NCBI GenBank assembly: GCA_963848295.1
Contig: CAWKDB010000010.1
Span: 1,024,001 to 1,088,000, forward strand
Direction: 5' to 3'
Length of the DNA: 64,000 bases
From: an uncultured delta proteobacterium
Lineage (GTDB): Bacteria; Myxococcota_A; Polyangia; Haliangiales; Haliangiaceae
The notes beneath the pieces are model-generated. The model saw nothing but the letters and a program-made list of their open reading frames with translations, was not told where the DNA came from and ran no database searches. The position numbers and the translations under genes are program-made. Of the stretch, positions 49,817 to 60,095 are shown piece after piece (position 1 is the stretch's first letter; each line of letters starts with the position of its first letter).

Positions 49817-50046
49817 TGGCGCTCGGCGCCGCCGCGATCTCGTCGATCGACATCGCGCTCGGCAACGGCAAGTGGACGACCGATCGCGGCATCGCTGCCG
49901 GCGCGAGCGCGAACCAGATCGTCGCCGCGTACGGCAAGCCGCGCCGCCGCACGCGCCACGGTGCAGAGACCTCTCTCGCGTATCCGCGGATGACGTTCGA
50001 GCTGAAGCGCGACAAGCTCGTCGCGCTGACGTTGACGAGCGCTTAG
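49816..50046 (+). CDS. Small hypothetical protein or gene remnant
   Basis: ATG overlaps the ompA stop; TDRGI..GAS...IVAAYGKP; high GC3. Confidence 0.4.
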   Translation: MALGAAAISSIDIALGNGKWTTDRGIAAGASANQIVAAYGKPRRRTRHGAETSLAYPRMTFELKRDKLVALTLTSA

Positions 50047-50078
50047 CTGATCTCCCCCGCAGGAGTTACCATCCGCAC

Positions 50079-50618
50079 ATGGCAAAGCTCGTGTTCGGGA
50101 TGTCGCAGTCGCTCGACGGCTACGTCGACGACGCCGCGGGTACGCTGTGCATGCCGCCGCCGCGCCCGGCGCTGTTTCGTCACTTCGTCGAGGTCGTGGC
50201 CGGCCACGCCGGCGCCATCTACGGCCGCCGCATCTACGAGGTGATGCGCTACTGGGATGTCGATCGGCCGGACTGGGACGCGGCGGAGCGCGAGTTCGCC
50301 GCCGCCTGGCGACGGCAGCCGAAGTGGATCGCGTCGCGCACGCTCGCGTCGGTCGGGCCGAACGCGACGTTGATCCGCGGCGACCTCGACGCGTTCGTGC
50401 GCGATCTGAAGGCGACGGTCGACGGCGAGCTCGACGTCGCCGGGCCCGAGCTCGCGGCCGCCGTCGCGCCGCTGATCGACGAGTATCGGCTCTACTTCAG
50501 GCCCTACGTGCTCGGCGGCGGCAAGCCGTACTTCGCCGGCGCGAGGCCGGCGCTGCGGCTCGTCGCCACGGATCTCATCGGCGAGGACGACGTCCGGCTG
50601 ACCTACGTTCCCGCGTGA
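50079..50618 (+). CDS. Dihydrofolate reductase / RibD C-terminal family protein
   Basis: MSQSLDGYV, YGRRIYE, SRTL, AGPELAA, IDEYRL..P.VLGGGKPYF. Confidence 0.9.
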   Translation: MAKLVFGMSQSLDGYVDDAAGTLCMPPPRPALFRHFVEVVAGHAGAIYGRRIYEVMRYWDVDRPDWDAAEREFAAAWRRQPKWIASRTLASVGPNATLIRGDLDAFVRDLKATVDGELDVAGPELAAAVAPLIDEYRLYFRPYVLGGGKPYFAGARPALRLVATDLIGEDDVRLTYVPA

Positions 50619-50623
50619 GCCGC

Positions 50624-51727
50624 TCAGCTCTTCTTGCGCCCGAACAGCCCGCGCTTCTCTTTGACTTCTTCGCCGAGGTCGGCCGCGAGCTCGCGCATGA
50701 GCTCGTGCTGGCGCGCGCTCAGCTTCTTCGGGATCTCGACCTTCCACTGGACGACCTGCTCGCCGCGGCCCGATGCGTTGACGTGCGGGATGCCGTGACC
50801 GCGCCGGACGAGCACGTCGCCCGGTTGCGTGCCGGCCTTGAGCTCGACCGTCGCGGTGCCGTTGCAGTTGTCGTCGAGCGTGTGGATCTCGACCTCGCCG
50901 CCGAGCGTCGCCTTGACGAAGCTGATCGGGATCTCGGTGAGCACGTCGTCGCCCTCGCGGCGAAACCGATCGTCGCCCTGAACGTGGAGCACGACGTAGA
51001 GATGACCGGCGGCGCCGCCCGGCGCGGTCTCGCCCTTGCCGGCGAGGCGCAGCGTCTGACCATCGTCGACGCCAGCGGGCACGGTGACCGACAGCGTCGT
51101 GGCCTCTGGCTTCGTGCCGCGACCGCGGCAGTCCTCGCACGGATCCTTGATCGTCTTGCCCGCGCCGCGACAATGCGGACACGTGCTCTGCACCATGAAG
51201 AAGCCCTGCGCGTGGACGACCTGGCCCTTGCCTTTGCACGTCGCGCAGCTCTCGGGCTTGGTGCCCGGCTTCGCGCCGTTTCCGCCGCACGTGCTGCACG
51301 CGACGTCGCGCGAGACCTTGACCTCCTTGGTCACGCCCCACACCGCCTCGGGAAACGTCAGGCCGAGATCGACGCGCAGATCCGCGCCGCGCTGCGACCG
51401 CCGACCACCGCCCCGACCGCCGAGGAAGTCGCCGAACAGATCGCCGAACGCCGAGAAGATATCTTCGACGTTCGAGAACCCCGGGCCTTGGCCCCGGCTC
51501 GCCGCGCCCTTCAACCCGTCGAAGCCGTAGCGATCGTAGGCCGCGCGCTGGTCGTCATCCGACAGGATCTGGTACGCGTTCGCCGCTTCCTTGAAGCTCT
51601 CCTCGGCGACTTTGTCGTCGGGATTCTTGTCGGGATGAAATTGCTGCGCGAGCCGGCGATAGGCCTTCTTGAGATCAGCCTGGCTGGCTCCTCGCTCGAC
51701 CCCTAGTACTTCGTACAGATCACGCAT
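50624..51727 (-). CDS. dnaJ: Molecular chaperone DnaJ
   Basis: J-domain HPD; G/F region; four CxxCxGxG repeats; C-terminal domain. Confidence 0.96.
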   Translation of the reverse strand: MRDLYEVLGVERGASQADLKKAYRRLAQQFHPDKNPDDKVAEESFKEAANAYQILSDDDQRAAYDRYGFDGLKGAASRGQGPGFSNVEDIFSAFGDLFGDFLGGRGGGRRSQRGADLRVDLGLTFPEAVWGVTKEVKVSRDVACSTCGGNGAKPGTKPESCATCKGKGQVVHAQGFFMVQSTCPHCRGAGKTIKDPCEDCRGRGTKPEATTLSVTVPAGVDDGQTLRLAGKGETAPGGAAGHLYVVLHVQGDDRFRREGDDVLTEIPISFVKATLGGEVEIHTLDDNCNGTATVELKAGTQPGDVLVRRGHGIPHVNASGRGEQVVQWKVEIPKKLSARQHELMRELAADLGEEVKEKRGLFGRKKS

Positions 51728-51792
51728 GTTCTAAAGAGAATCAGGACCTTGGGTAATGCGGGAGGCGGGCGCTGTCAAGGTATGGTTCGCGC

Positions 51793-52964
51793 GTGTTCAC
51801 GGCCGACGAGCTCGCGCACGGCGCGCCCGACGATCGCGACACCCGGCTCCGCGCCGAACGGCTAGTCGAGGCGATCGCGCAAACCGGCCTGGATCTCGGC
51901 GAGTTGGGAGACACGGCCCGGACGATCGCGCAGCTCGCTTGTCAGCGCGCCCCTACCTCGCCACTCTTTTGGTGCGCGATCCGCACCGGTTGGCGAGGGT
52001 CGCCGACGATCCCCACCTCAGCCGCGAAAAGCCGCGGCCCGAAGGCGCGAAAGGCGCGATCGCGAGCTCGCTCGCGAGCGTCGAGCGCTACTACGAGACG
52101 TTCGGCCGGCCGTGGGAACGCCAGGCGTGGATCAAGGCGCGCGCGAGCCCTGGCGATCCGGCGCTCGGCGCCGAGATCAGCGCACGCTGACGCCGTTCGT
52201 GTTTCCGTGGCTGCAATCGCCGGCGATCATCAACGACGTTCGCGACCTCAACCGGCGGATCAAGCGCGAGCTCGGGCGCACCGGCGACGGCTCGACGTCA
52301 AGAACGGCGATGGCGGCATTCGCGAGATCGAGTTCTTCGCGCAGGCGCTGCAGCTGATCCACACCGGCAAGCAGCCCACCCCTGCGCGTGCGCGGCACGC
52401 TGATCGCGCTCGACGCGCTGTTGTTCGCGGGGATGATGACCGACGACGAGCACCTCGCGGCGTCGACCGCGTATCGCTGGCTGCGCCACGCCGAGCACGT
52501 GCTCCAGCTCGAAGCCGGATTGCAGACCCAGATCGCGCCGGACGGCGCGACCGCGCGCGCAGGGATCGAGCGCGAGCTCGGCGGCAAAGGCGATCTCGAG
52601 ACCAGCGCGGGCGGCGTGATCGACATCGAGTTCGCCGCGCAGGACCTCCAGCTCGTGCACGGGCACGCGCATTCGACGCTGCGCACGACCGGCACGGCGC
52701 CCGCACTGCGCGCCGCCGCGAAGCTCGGGTCGTCCCCGCCGAGCTCGCCGAGCGGCTCGAACAGGGTTATCGGTTCTTGCGCGCTATCGAGCCCACATGC
52801 GGGTGGTGCACGACCAGCCCGTACATCGGCTTCCGGATGTTAAGCACGAGCTCGATAAGCTCGCGCGGCGATCCGGGTTTCCCGACGGCCCAGCGCTGCT
52901 CGAACGCGTGGAGCGCTGGCAGCACGACATTCGCGGTGCCTATCACGCCGTCCTCGGTGCGTAG
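51793..52964 (+). pseudogene. glnE: Glutamine synthetase adenylyltransferase relic (about 6 frameshifts, 2 large deletions)
   Basis: Fragments across all three frames: RPEG.KG, YYETFGRPWERQAWIKAR, DVKNGDGGIREIEFFAQALQLIH, AYRWLR.AEHVLQ, GGVIDIEFAAQDLQL, GYRFLRAIE; directly upstream of ilvE. Confidence 0.85.
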
Positions 52965-53058
52965 GCGGCTGCGCAGCCGCAGCGCGTTAAGCTGTGCCGA
53001 TCCGATCGCGGGTCGCGTGATGCTTGTGATCCCGACGAGGCATTGGTACCAAGCTGAT

Positions 53059-53985
53059 ATGGCCCCCATCAAGAAAGTCGACGCGATCTGGGTCGACGGT
53101 CAGCTCGTCCCCTGGGACAACGCGACCGATCACGTGCTCGCGCACACGATGCACTACGGCGTCGGCGCTTTCGAAGGCATCCGCGCGTATCAACGGGCCG
53201 ATGGCCGGACGCACGTGTTCCGGTTGCGCGACCACATCGAGCGCTTGCTCGACTCGTGCACGATCTGCACGCTCGACGTGCCGTACACCGCCGACCAGCT
53301 CGTGAAGGCATCGCTCGACGTCGTGCGCACGAACAAGATGAAAGAGTGCTACCTGCGGCCGCTCGTCTATCTCGGCTACGGTGCGCTCGGCCTCGGCTCG
53401 TTCGAGCCGCCGGTGCGTACGGTGGTCGCGTGTTACGAGTGGGGCGCGTACCTCGGCGACGACGGGCTGAAGAAGGGCATCAAGTGCATGGTGTCCGGGT
53501 TCACCCGTGCGAACTCGAACGCGGTGATGAACAAGGGCAAGATCTGCGGCCAGTACGTCACGTCGGTGCTCGCGAAGCGGATGGCGATCAAGAGTGGATT
53601 CGAAGAGGCGCTGATGCTCGACCCCCAAGGCTACGTCGCCGAGGGCACGGGCGAGAACATCTTCGTGGTCAAGCGAGGCGTCGTGCGCACGCCGCCGACC
53701 TCGGCCGCGATCCTCGCGGGGATCACGCGCCATACCGCGATCGCGTTGATGCGCGAGCAAGGCATCGAAGTGCTCGAAGAGCCGATCGCGCGCGACGAGC
53801 TCTATATCGCTGACGAAGTGTTCCTCACCGGCACCGCGGCGGAGATCACTCCCGTCCGCGACATCGACCACCGCAAGATCGGCCGCGGCGAGGCCGGTCC
53901 GGTGACCCGCCGCCTCCAAGAGGGCTTCTTCTCGGTCGTGAAGGGCAACGATACGAAGCACGCCGACTGGCTGAGCTTCATCTAG
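53059..53985 (+). CDS. ilvE: Branched-chain amino acid aminotransferase
   Basis: HYGVGAFEGIRAY, FRLRDH, YLRP, GKICGQY, EGTGENIF, LAGITR, GTAAEITP. Confidence 0.95.
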   Translation: MAPIKKVDAIWVDGQLVPWDNATDHVLAHTMHYGVGAFEGIRAYQRADGRTHVFRLRDHIERLLDSCTICTLDVPYTADQLVKASLDVVRTNKMKECYLRPLVYLGYGALGLGSFEPPVRTVVACYEWGAYLGDDGLKKGIKCMVSGFTRANSNAVMNKGKICGQYVTSVLAKRMAIKSGFEEALMLDPQGYVAEGTGENIFVVKRGVVRTPPTSAAILAGITRHTAIALMREQGIEVLEEPIARDELYIADEVFLTGTAAEITPVRDIDHRKIGRGEAGPVTRRLQEGFFSVVKGNDTKHADWLSFI

Positions 53986-53988
53986 CCA

Positions 53989-54077
53989 GGTGCACCTGCG
54001 GTGCAACTGCGGTGCATCAGGTGCACCCCGCGCCTGCGCGAGCGATCTCGCCGCGTTGCGATGGCATCGCGCGTGCT
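53989..54077 (+). promoter_or_regulatory. GGTGCA repeat array plus putative sigma54 promoter
   Basis: GGTGCA at 53989, 54000, 54011 and 54020; TGGCATCGCGCGTGCT (GG-N10-GC) at 54062-54077. Confidence 0.55.
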
Positions 54078-54092
54078 ACGCGAGCCATCGCC

Positions 54093-55802
54093 ATGTCGAA
54101 GCTCTACGCACTCCTCATCATCGCCCTGAACGTCGCTGGATACGGCCGAGCGACCGCCGGTGGGTTCAACCCGACGCCCGCGCCGCAGCGCGGCGACACC
54201 GCGGGATGTCCGTCGGTCGAGGTCCTGTCGCAAGGCCCGGCCGACGCTCATTCGCGCGGGTACTACCTGACCGACCCGAAGATGAAGATCGATCCGGCGA
54301 AGCTCGAGCGCAAGCTCAACGCGATCAACGGGCTCAAGGGCAAGCTCGAAGACCCGGAGGCGTGGAACGACGCGAACAACGCGATGGCGACGCTGTGGGG
54401 CATGCACTGCGCGTACTGGCAGGACGCCGGGATCGCGAACCTGCTCGAGCGCGCGCGCACGCTCTACGCGCAGATCACCGGCATCGATCGCGAGACCTCC
54501 AAGGCGCTGCACCTGCTGCTCGTCCCGCCCGGCGTGGCGAAGTCGCAATGGGATACGGTGTGCAAGCCGAACGAAGCGTGGCCGATCGTCGCCGAGCCCG
54601 ACCGCTCCGCGTTGATCTTCGCGATGGGCGGCTGCTACGGCGGCGAGCCGATCCACGCGCAGTCGTACCTGTGGACCGCGCTGGATCAAGGCGCGACGCA
54701 CCAGGTCGGCGCCGCGGCCGCGGTCATCGCGTGCAGCTACGGCCGCCGCTACTTCACGTGGCGGATCTGCGAGGCCGACGCCGCCACGATCACACCCGAC
54801 GCGCTCGCGAAGGATCTCGACGCGATCCACGCACCGCCGTACGCGCGGTTCCTCATGCTCGGCCGCTACCAGATGGCGCTGAATCGGCTCGCGGCACGTG
54901 CGAACGAGATGGCCGAGCTCGAGAAAAACTATCCCGCCGACAAGGCGCTGTTCGACGCGGTCTACAAGCAGGTCGGCGAGCACTACGTGCCGATGTTCGC
55001 GAAGTGGGGCAAGCAGCTGGCCGAGCTCGATGCGTGGGAGTCCGGGCTCCGGCGCGGGCCCGGCAACGCGGGCGATTGCGTGCCCAAGTGGACCACCACG
55101 CTGCAGAGCTATGTCGATTCGGTGGTCCCCAAGGCCAACAAGGACGCGCTGCTCGCTGCGCTCAAAGATCCTATCGGCCACCGCTTCACCCACGCGCTCG
55201 CGGTGTGCCTCGACGCGAAGGGCGACGGCGACAGCGCGGCGATGATCGACTCGCTGGCGGGCGGGGAGACCGTGATCGGCATCCACGACGCGGTCGGCGA
55301 CCTGCTGCGGCGGAACGGCGTCGGCGGCAAGTACCAGGGCGTCGCGCTGCACGATCAGCAACCCGACCTCGACTACTACCTCTACGAGCCCGGCGTCCGG
55401 CTCGAGAACACCCGGCGCGTCACCGAGCACGAGTCCACCGTCGCGAGCGTGACGACCGTCGGCGACAAGCAGCGGATCGCGTTCGTTCACAAGAGCGAGC
55501 GCCAGTGGGCGAACAACATGTGCGAGGTCGACTACAAGACCGTCGTCGGGATCGACGACTACGGGAACTTTCGCTACGCGATGCGCAACTGCAAGGCGGT
55601 CTACGAGAACGTGAACCTCACGCCGTCGCCGCTGCTCGTGCCGCGGGGCAGCGCCGGCCCGGTCGCCAAGGGGCTCCGGGTCGGGAAGTCGTACGACACG
55701 CCGCACGCCGACGACGAGAAGGTCGACCAGCCCGGGCGCGTCGCGTGGATCCGCCGCGGCCTCGACGTGATCTGGGTCGCCGGCGGGATCGTCGCGCGGT
55801 GA
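54093..55802 (+). CDS. Secreted hypothetical protein
   Basis: Signal peptide MSKLYALLIIALNVAG; 569-aa ORF with strong GC3 bias. Confidence 0.7.
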   Translation: MSKLYALLIIALNVAGYGRATAGGFNPTPAPQRGDTAGCPSVEVLSQGPADAHSRGYYLTDPKMKIDPAKLERKLNAINGLKGKLEDPEAWNDANNAMATLWGMHCAYWQDAGIANLLERARTLYAQITGIDRETSKALHLLLVPPGVAKSQWDTVCKPNEAWPIVAEPDRSALIFAMGGCYGGEPIHAQSYLWTALDQGATHQVGAAAAVIACSYGRRYFTWRICEADAATITPDALAKDLDAIHAPPYARFLMLGRYQMALNRLAARANEMAELEKNYPADKALFDAVYKQVGEHYVPMFAKWGKQLAELDAWESGLRRGPGNAGDCVPKWTTTLQSYVDSVVPKANKDALLAALKDPIGHRFTHALAVCLDAKGDGDSAAMIDSLAGGETVIGIHDAVGDLLRRNGVGGKYQGVALHDQQPDLDYYLYEPGVRLENTRRVTEHESTVASVTTVGDKQRIAFVHKSERQWANNMCEVDYKTVVGIDDYGNFRYAMRNCKAVYENVNLTPSPLLVPRGSAGPVAKGLRVGKSYDTPHADDEKVDQPGRVAWIRRGLDVIWVAGGIVAR

Positions 55803-56043
55803 ACGCTCAGTGCGCGCCCGCGATCGCGAGCGCGGTGCACTCGGTGACGAAGCTGGTCCCGACGCCGCGCAGGCACACCTGCCCGTAGTAGCGCGTCGCA
55901 TCCCCCGCGCCCGGTGCGACGCCGAAGCCGCGCATGCAACGATACGAAGCACGAGCAGTGGCTCATGTACGTCTAACGATTCTCGTTACACCTACATTGT
56001 AGCCATCTCGGCGGCGGGCCGGCCGGCCTGCTAGAATATCCTA

Positions 56044-57567
56044 GTGGAGGAGCCCGGCACCGTACTGCTCGGCAAGTACCGAGTCGACGCGGTGCTCGGC
56101 ATCGGCGGGATGGCGCGAGTCGTCCGCGCATCGCACCTCTATCTCCAGCAACCGGTCGCGATCAAGATCCTGCTGCCCGCGGTCGCCGAGAGTCCGGCGG
56201 CGGTACAGCGGTTTCTGCGCGAAGCGCAGGCGACGGTCAAGCTGCGCAGCGAGCATATCGCGCGCGTGATGGACGTCGGCACGATGCCGGACGGCACTCC
56301 GTTCCTCGTGATGGAGTACCTGGACGGCAGCGACCTCAACCAGATCCTGCGTCACCACGGCCCGCAGATGGCGCCGATCGTCGTCGATCTGATGCTGCAA
56401 GCGTGCGAAGGCATCGCCGAAGCGCACTCGATCGGCATCGTGCATCGCGACATCAAGCCGTCGAACTTCTACGTGACGCGCCGGCCCGATGGCTCGATGT
56501 TGCTCAAGATCCTGGACTTCGGTATCTCGAAGACGCAAGAGGGCCTGAGCGAGCTCACCGGCACCCAGACCGTGATCGGGACCCCGACGTACATGGCGCC
56601 CGAGCAGATGCGCGCCGCGAAGCATACCGATCCGCGCAGCGACATCTGGTCGATGGGCGTCGTGATGTACCAGATGCTTTGTGGCCGGCCGCCATTCGAG
56701 GCCGAGAGCTACGCCGAGCTCGTGCTCAAGGTCGGTACCGAACGACCATCGCCGATCCACGTCGCGCTGCCGCCCGGGTTCGGTGAGATCGTGATGCGTT
56801 GCCTCGACAAGGATCCAAACCAGCGGTTTCAAAACGTCGGCGAGCTGGCGCGGACGCTCGCGCCGTTCGCGTCGGACCCGTACGCGGGTCAGCAAGCGGC
56901 CGAGCGCGTCACTCGGATCATCGGCGCGCGCGGCTCGGCGCAAGGGCTGCCGCTGTCGTCGGGCAATGGCTTGCTCGCGCCGAATCCGCCGACGCCGGCG
57001 AACCTCACGCCGCGTAGTTGGCCCGGCCACGGCGGGACCGGGGGCAGCAGCCTCTCTCACGGCGTCGGTCAGATGACCGCGAAGACGCGCGGCGGACGCG
57101 GCAAGTTGATCGCGGGATTGCTCGGAATGGTCGCGGTCGCCGGCATCGGTGGCTTCGCCCTCGCCGTGGCCACCGGAGGCTCGGGCGGAAGCGGATCGGA
57201 TGGCGCGCACGTGACCGCGCCGGAGCCAGCGCAGAGCGCGGATACGACGGCGACCGTGACGCCGACGCCGACCGTGACGCCGACGCCGACCGTGACGCCG
57301 ACGCCGACCGTGACGCCGACCGTGACGCCGACGCCGACCGTGACGCCGACGCCGGTTGCGAAGACGCCGACGCCCGCGCCGACGGTCGCCAAGACGCCGA
57401 CGGTTGCCAAGACGCCGACACCGACGGTCGCCAAGACGCCGACGGTTGCGAAGACCCCGACCGTCGCCAAGACGCCGACCGTTGCAAGGACACCGACGCC
57501 CACGACCATCAGAAAGCCCCCGGCCAAGAAGCCGAAGGACGACGATCTGTTCAACTCGCGTAACTGA
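56044..57567 (+). CDS. Ser/Thr protein kinase with TM helix and Pro/Thr repeat tail
   Basis: LGIGGMARV, VAIK, HRDIKPSN, DFGISK, GTPTYMAPEQ. Confidence 0.94.
   Translation: MEEPGTVLLGKYRVDAVLGIGGMARVVRASHLYLQQPVAIKILLPAVAESPAAVQRFLREAQATVKLRSEHIARVMDVGTMPDGTPFLVMEYLDGSDLNQILRHHGPQMAPIVVDLMLQACEGIAEAHSIGIVHRDIKPSNFYVTRRPDGSMLLKILDFGISKTQEGLSELTGTQTVIGTPTYMAPEQMRAAKHTDPRSDIWSMGVVMYQMLCGRPPFEAESYAELVLKVGTERPSPIHVALPPGFGEIVMRCLDKDPNQRFQNVGELARTLAPFASDPYAGQQAAERVTRIIGARGSAQGLPLSSGNGLLAPNPPTPANLTPRSWPGHGGTGGSSLSHGVGQMTAKTRGGRGKLIAGLLGMVAVAGIGGFALAVATGGSGGSGSDGAHVTAPEPAQSADTTATVTPTPTVTPTPTVTPTPTVTPTVTPTPTVTPTPVAKTPTPAPTVAKTPTVAKTPTPTVAKTPTVAKTPTVAKTPTVARTPTPTTIRKPPAKKPKDDDLFNSRN
57253..57500 (+). 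repeat. Coding tandem repeats (TVTPTP x5, then VAKTPT-like units)
   Basis: accgtgacgccgacgccg 18-mers plus one 12-nt unit at 57253-57354; degenerate VAKTPT units follow. Confidence 0.9.
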
Positions 57568-57575
57568 GACGCGAG

Positions 57576-58592
57576 CTACATCGGGCCGCCGAACACCAGG
57601 CCAACGCCGTCTGGGCCGACTCGCGGCGTCAGATAGAACGACTCGTCGGTGCGGCGACGGCGGCTCGGCTTCGGCGCGGTCACGTAGATCACGATGCCGC
57701 CGATCACCGCGGCGGCACCGCCAATGAATACGCCGGTCGCGATGTTCGCGTTGCGCCGAGCATCGTGGGTGTCGGTCAGGCCCTGTGCCGTGCACATGTC
57801 GGTGGCGTTCGCGCACTCGGAGGCGAGCGCGTCGCGATACTTGTTGCGCGCCGATAGCGCGAGGTAGCTCGACACCGCGATGCCGGCCACGCCGACGCCG
57901 CCGACCACGTATGCGGCGATGCGTTGTCCCCTGCCGGGATCTGGCAACGGCCGCTCGGGCTCGTCATCGTGCTTGACGACGTTGACCGGATGCTCGTCGG
58001 GCTTGGCCTGAACGTCGACGTTGTCTTTGACCGTCGCCTTCGGAATATCGAGCCGGACGACCGAATCGCCACCGCGCTCGACCGGGACGGTCTTGTTCTT
58101 CTTCTCGCCGTCGGCGAGTTGGTACTCGAGCAAGTGGGGGCCGGGGTCGACCATCTGCGGTTTGCCGAGCTGATCGACGTCAAACGGTGCACCGTCGAGC
58201 TTGAGCTCGAGGCCCTTGCTATCCGCGCCGTCGGGCAGCTTGACCGTCAGCCTCGGGACATCGGGCTCGAGCTTGTCGACGCGCGGTCGAATCTGCGCGA
58301 CGCGCTGATCGTGCTGCTCCTCGGCGAGCTTTGCGGCGGTCTTGTAAGCGCGGTACGCCGTCGCGATCCGGCCCCATTCCTCGTAGCACCTCGCGACGTT
58401 GAGCTCGACACCGATCTCCGGATCGATCTTGTAGCTCTGCTCGAACGCCTTGCAGGCGTCGGCGTAGCGCTTCTCGCCGAGCAGCTTCTTGCCCTGCCTG
58501 AACAGCTGATCGGCCTTGTTGTCAGCGGATGCGGTACCGGCAGTCGCAGCGAGCGCGACGATACAGGCGAGGGACATGCGTGGTTGGATCAC
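57576..58592 (-). CDS. Secreted TPR/PEGA-like protein with C-terminal hydrophobic segments
   Basis: Signal peptide; ADQLFRQG...AC.AFE.S...NVARCYE..G..ATAY; VDPGPH. Confidence 0.8.
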   Translation of the reverse strand: MIQPRMSLACIVALAATAGTASADNKADQLFRQGKKLLGEKRYADACKAFEQSYKIDPEIGVELNVARCYEEWGRIATAYRAYKTAAKLAEEQHDQRVAQIRPRVDKLEPDVPRLTVKLPDGADSKGLELKLDGAPFDVDQLGKPQMVDPGPHLLEYQLADGEKKNKTVPVERGGDSVVRLDIPKATVKDNVDVQAKPDEHPVNVVKHDDEPERPLPDPGRGQRIAAYVVGGVGVAGIAVSSYLALSARNKYRDALASECANATDMCTAQGLTDTHDARRNANIATGVFIGGAAAVIGGIVIYVTAPKPSRRRRTDESFYLTPRVGPDGVGLVFGGPM

Positions 58593-60088
58593 TGGGCGCT
58601 CACGGTGAAGGCTCCACTGTCATGGTAACCGACGGACATGGGGAACTGCGTGGTTTCGATGTCTCCAGTTGCGAGCGCCGGGTAGCCTCCCGTACGACAA
58701 AACGCGCGAATCGTGTAGATGTGGCCCGCGACGAACACCGAGGTCGGGATCGTCACCGTTGGTTGCACCGCGTAGGCGTCGAGCCGCGGCGAAGCGGTGA
58801 GCGCGGTCGTCCCCGGTTCCAGCTCGTAGACCGTCCACTCGTACAGGTCGTTCGTGGGATGGTCGCGGCTGTCGATCGAGAGCACCGCGGTTCCGGTCGC
58901 GCCGAGGTCGAGTCCCACCACCATGCCATCGGTGACCAGCGGCATCTGGTCGATCGATACGGTGAGCGGCACGCCCGCCGGCAGGTCGAGCGGATCGGTG
59001 CTCGACGCATCGACGAACTGCTGCAGACCGGTGCTCAGCGCGATCGACTGGCCACTCGCGCTATCCGTGAACTGGCGCGACTCCGAGGCGAGCCATGCGA
59101 GGGCCGAGCCCCAACCGAACGACCCGAACGGGTTGGCGTAGCTCGCGTCGATCGGCCCCGGAGCCTGCGTCGCCGGCACCGCGCCGGCGTTGAGCTGCGT
59201 GCCGCCGGCTTCGCCGTGTTGGCTATCCACCGCGGCGAGGACTTCCCACGACATCGACAGGCCGCTCGGAGCGGGACGCGCGGCCGCGAGTCGCGGGCCC
59301 GGCGCGGTCGGATCGATCGTCTGCGTCAGTGTCTTGTTCGCGGTGTTGACCGACATCGTGCCGGTCACCGAATCGGTGCCGGTTCCGGCGAACGGCGGGT
59401 ACGGCAAGTAACCGGTCAAGGTCGAGCCGGCATAGCGCAGCAGCAGCAGCTGATCGGCGGTCGTGATCCCGGCGAGCGGAGCCGACGTGCCGGGGGTGAA
59501 GTGACCGGACGCGCTATCGTAAGGCAACGTCACGCCGATCGAGGTCGCGCCGGTGTCGGGTGCCGGAAGCTCGGCGGCGGTCAGCGTGTGCGCCCCCCAC
59601 GTGCCGACCGAATAGACTTGGAAGGCCTCGGCCGACACGTAGCTCGATGGCAACGTGGCGTGGATCGCGATCGTCGCGCCGGCCGGCGCGGGCTGCGGAT
59701 TCGGATGCTCGAAGCGTACGTAGCCGATCGTCAGGGAGCGCGCGCCGAGATCGAAGACGCGCGGAAACGGCGTCGGCACATCCGGCAGCGTGAATTCGAT
59801 CGGCGGTGTGCCGTCGGGGATCGTCGCGGTGAACACGCCGGTGCCGGCGGTTGCGATCACCGCGCCCGTCGCCGTGGTGTAGGTCGCGGTCTGGCCGGTG
59901 AGATCCTGCGGCGTCGTGGCGACCTCGGCCGCGATCGAGATGTGATCGATCTTCGCGCTGACCTCGCCGGGTGGCAGCCCGCCGTCGCTGCCGGACCCGG
60001 TCGTCTCGTCGATGCCGAACAGCTGCGCGCAACCGGACCCGGCGAACGCGACGCTGACTCCCACGACAAGCCGCGGCAGCCCGCTCAT
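58589..60088 (-). CDS. Hypothetical lipoprotein
   Basis: GSGCAQLFGIDE lipobox pattern; Thr/Pro-rich beta content. Confidence 0.7.
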   Translation of the reverse strand: MSGLPRLVVGVSVAFAGSGCAQLFGIDETTGSGSDGGLPPGEVSAKIDHISIAAEVATTPQDLTGQTATYTTATGAVIATAGTGVFTATIPDGTPPIEFTLPDVPTPFPRVFDLGARSLTIGYVRFEHPNPQPAPAGATIAIHATLPSSYVSAEAFQVYSVGTWGAHTLTAAELPAPDTGATSIGVTLPYDSASGHFTPGTSAPLAGITTADQLLLLRYAGSTLTGYLPYPPFAGTGTDSVTGTMSVNTANKTLTQTIDPTAPGPRLAAARPAPSGLSMSWEVLAAVDSQHGEAGGTQLNAGAVPATQAPGPIDASYANPFGSFGWGSALAWLASESRQFTDSASGQSIALSTGLQQFVDASSTDPLDLPAGVPLTVSIDQMPLVTDGMVVGLDLGATGTAVLSIDSRDHPTNDLYEWTVYELEPGTTALTASPRLDAYAVQPTVTIPTSVFVAGHIYTIRAFCRTGGYPALATGDIETTQFPMSVGYHDSGAFTVSAQ

Positions 60089-60095
60089 CGCGGCC

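Noticed and set aside
51793..53985. 730-aa ORF suggesting a GlnE-IlvE fusion
   Set aside because: The frame only intermittently matches GlnE. The glnE relic ends at TAG 52962-52964 in another frame, and ilvE has its own ATG at 53059.
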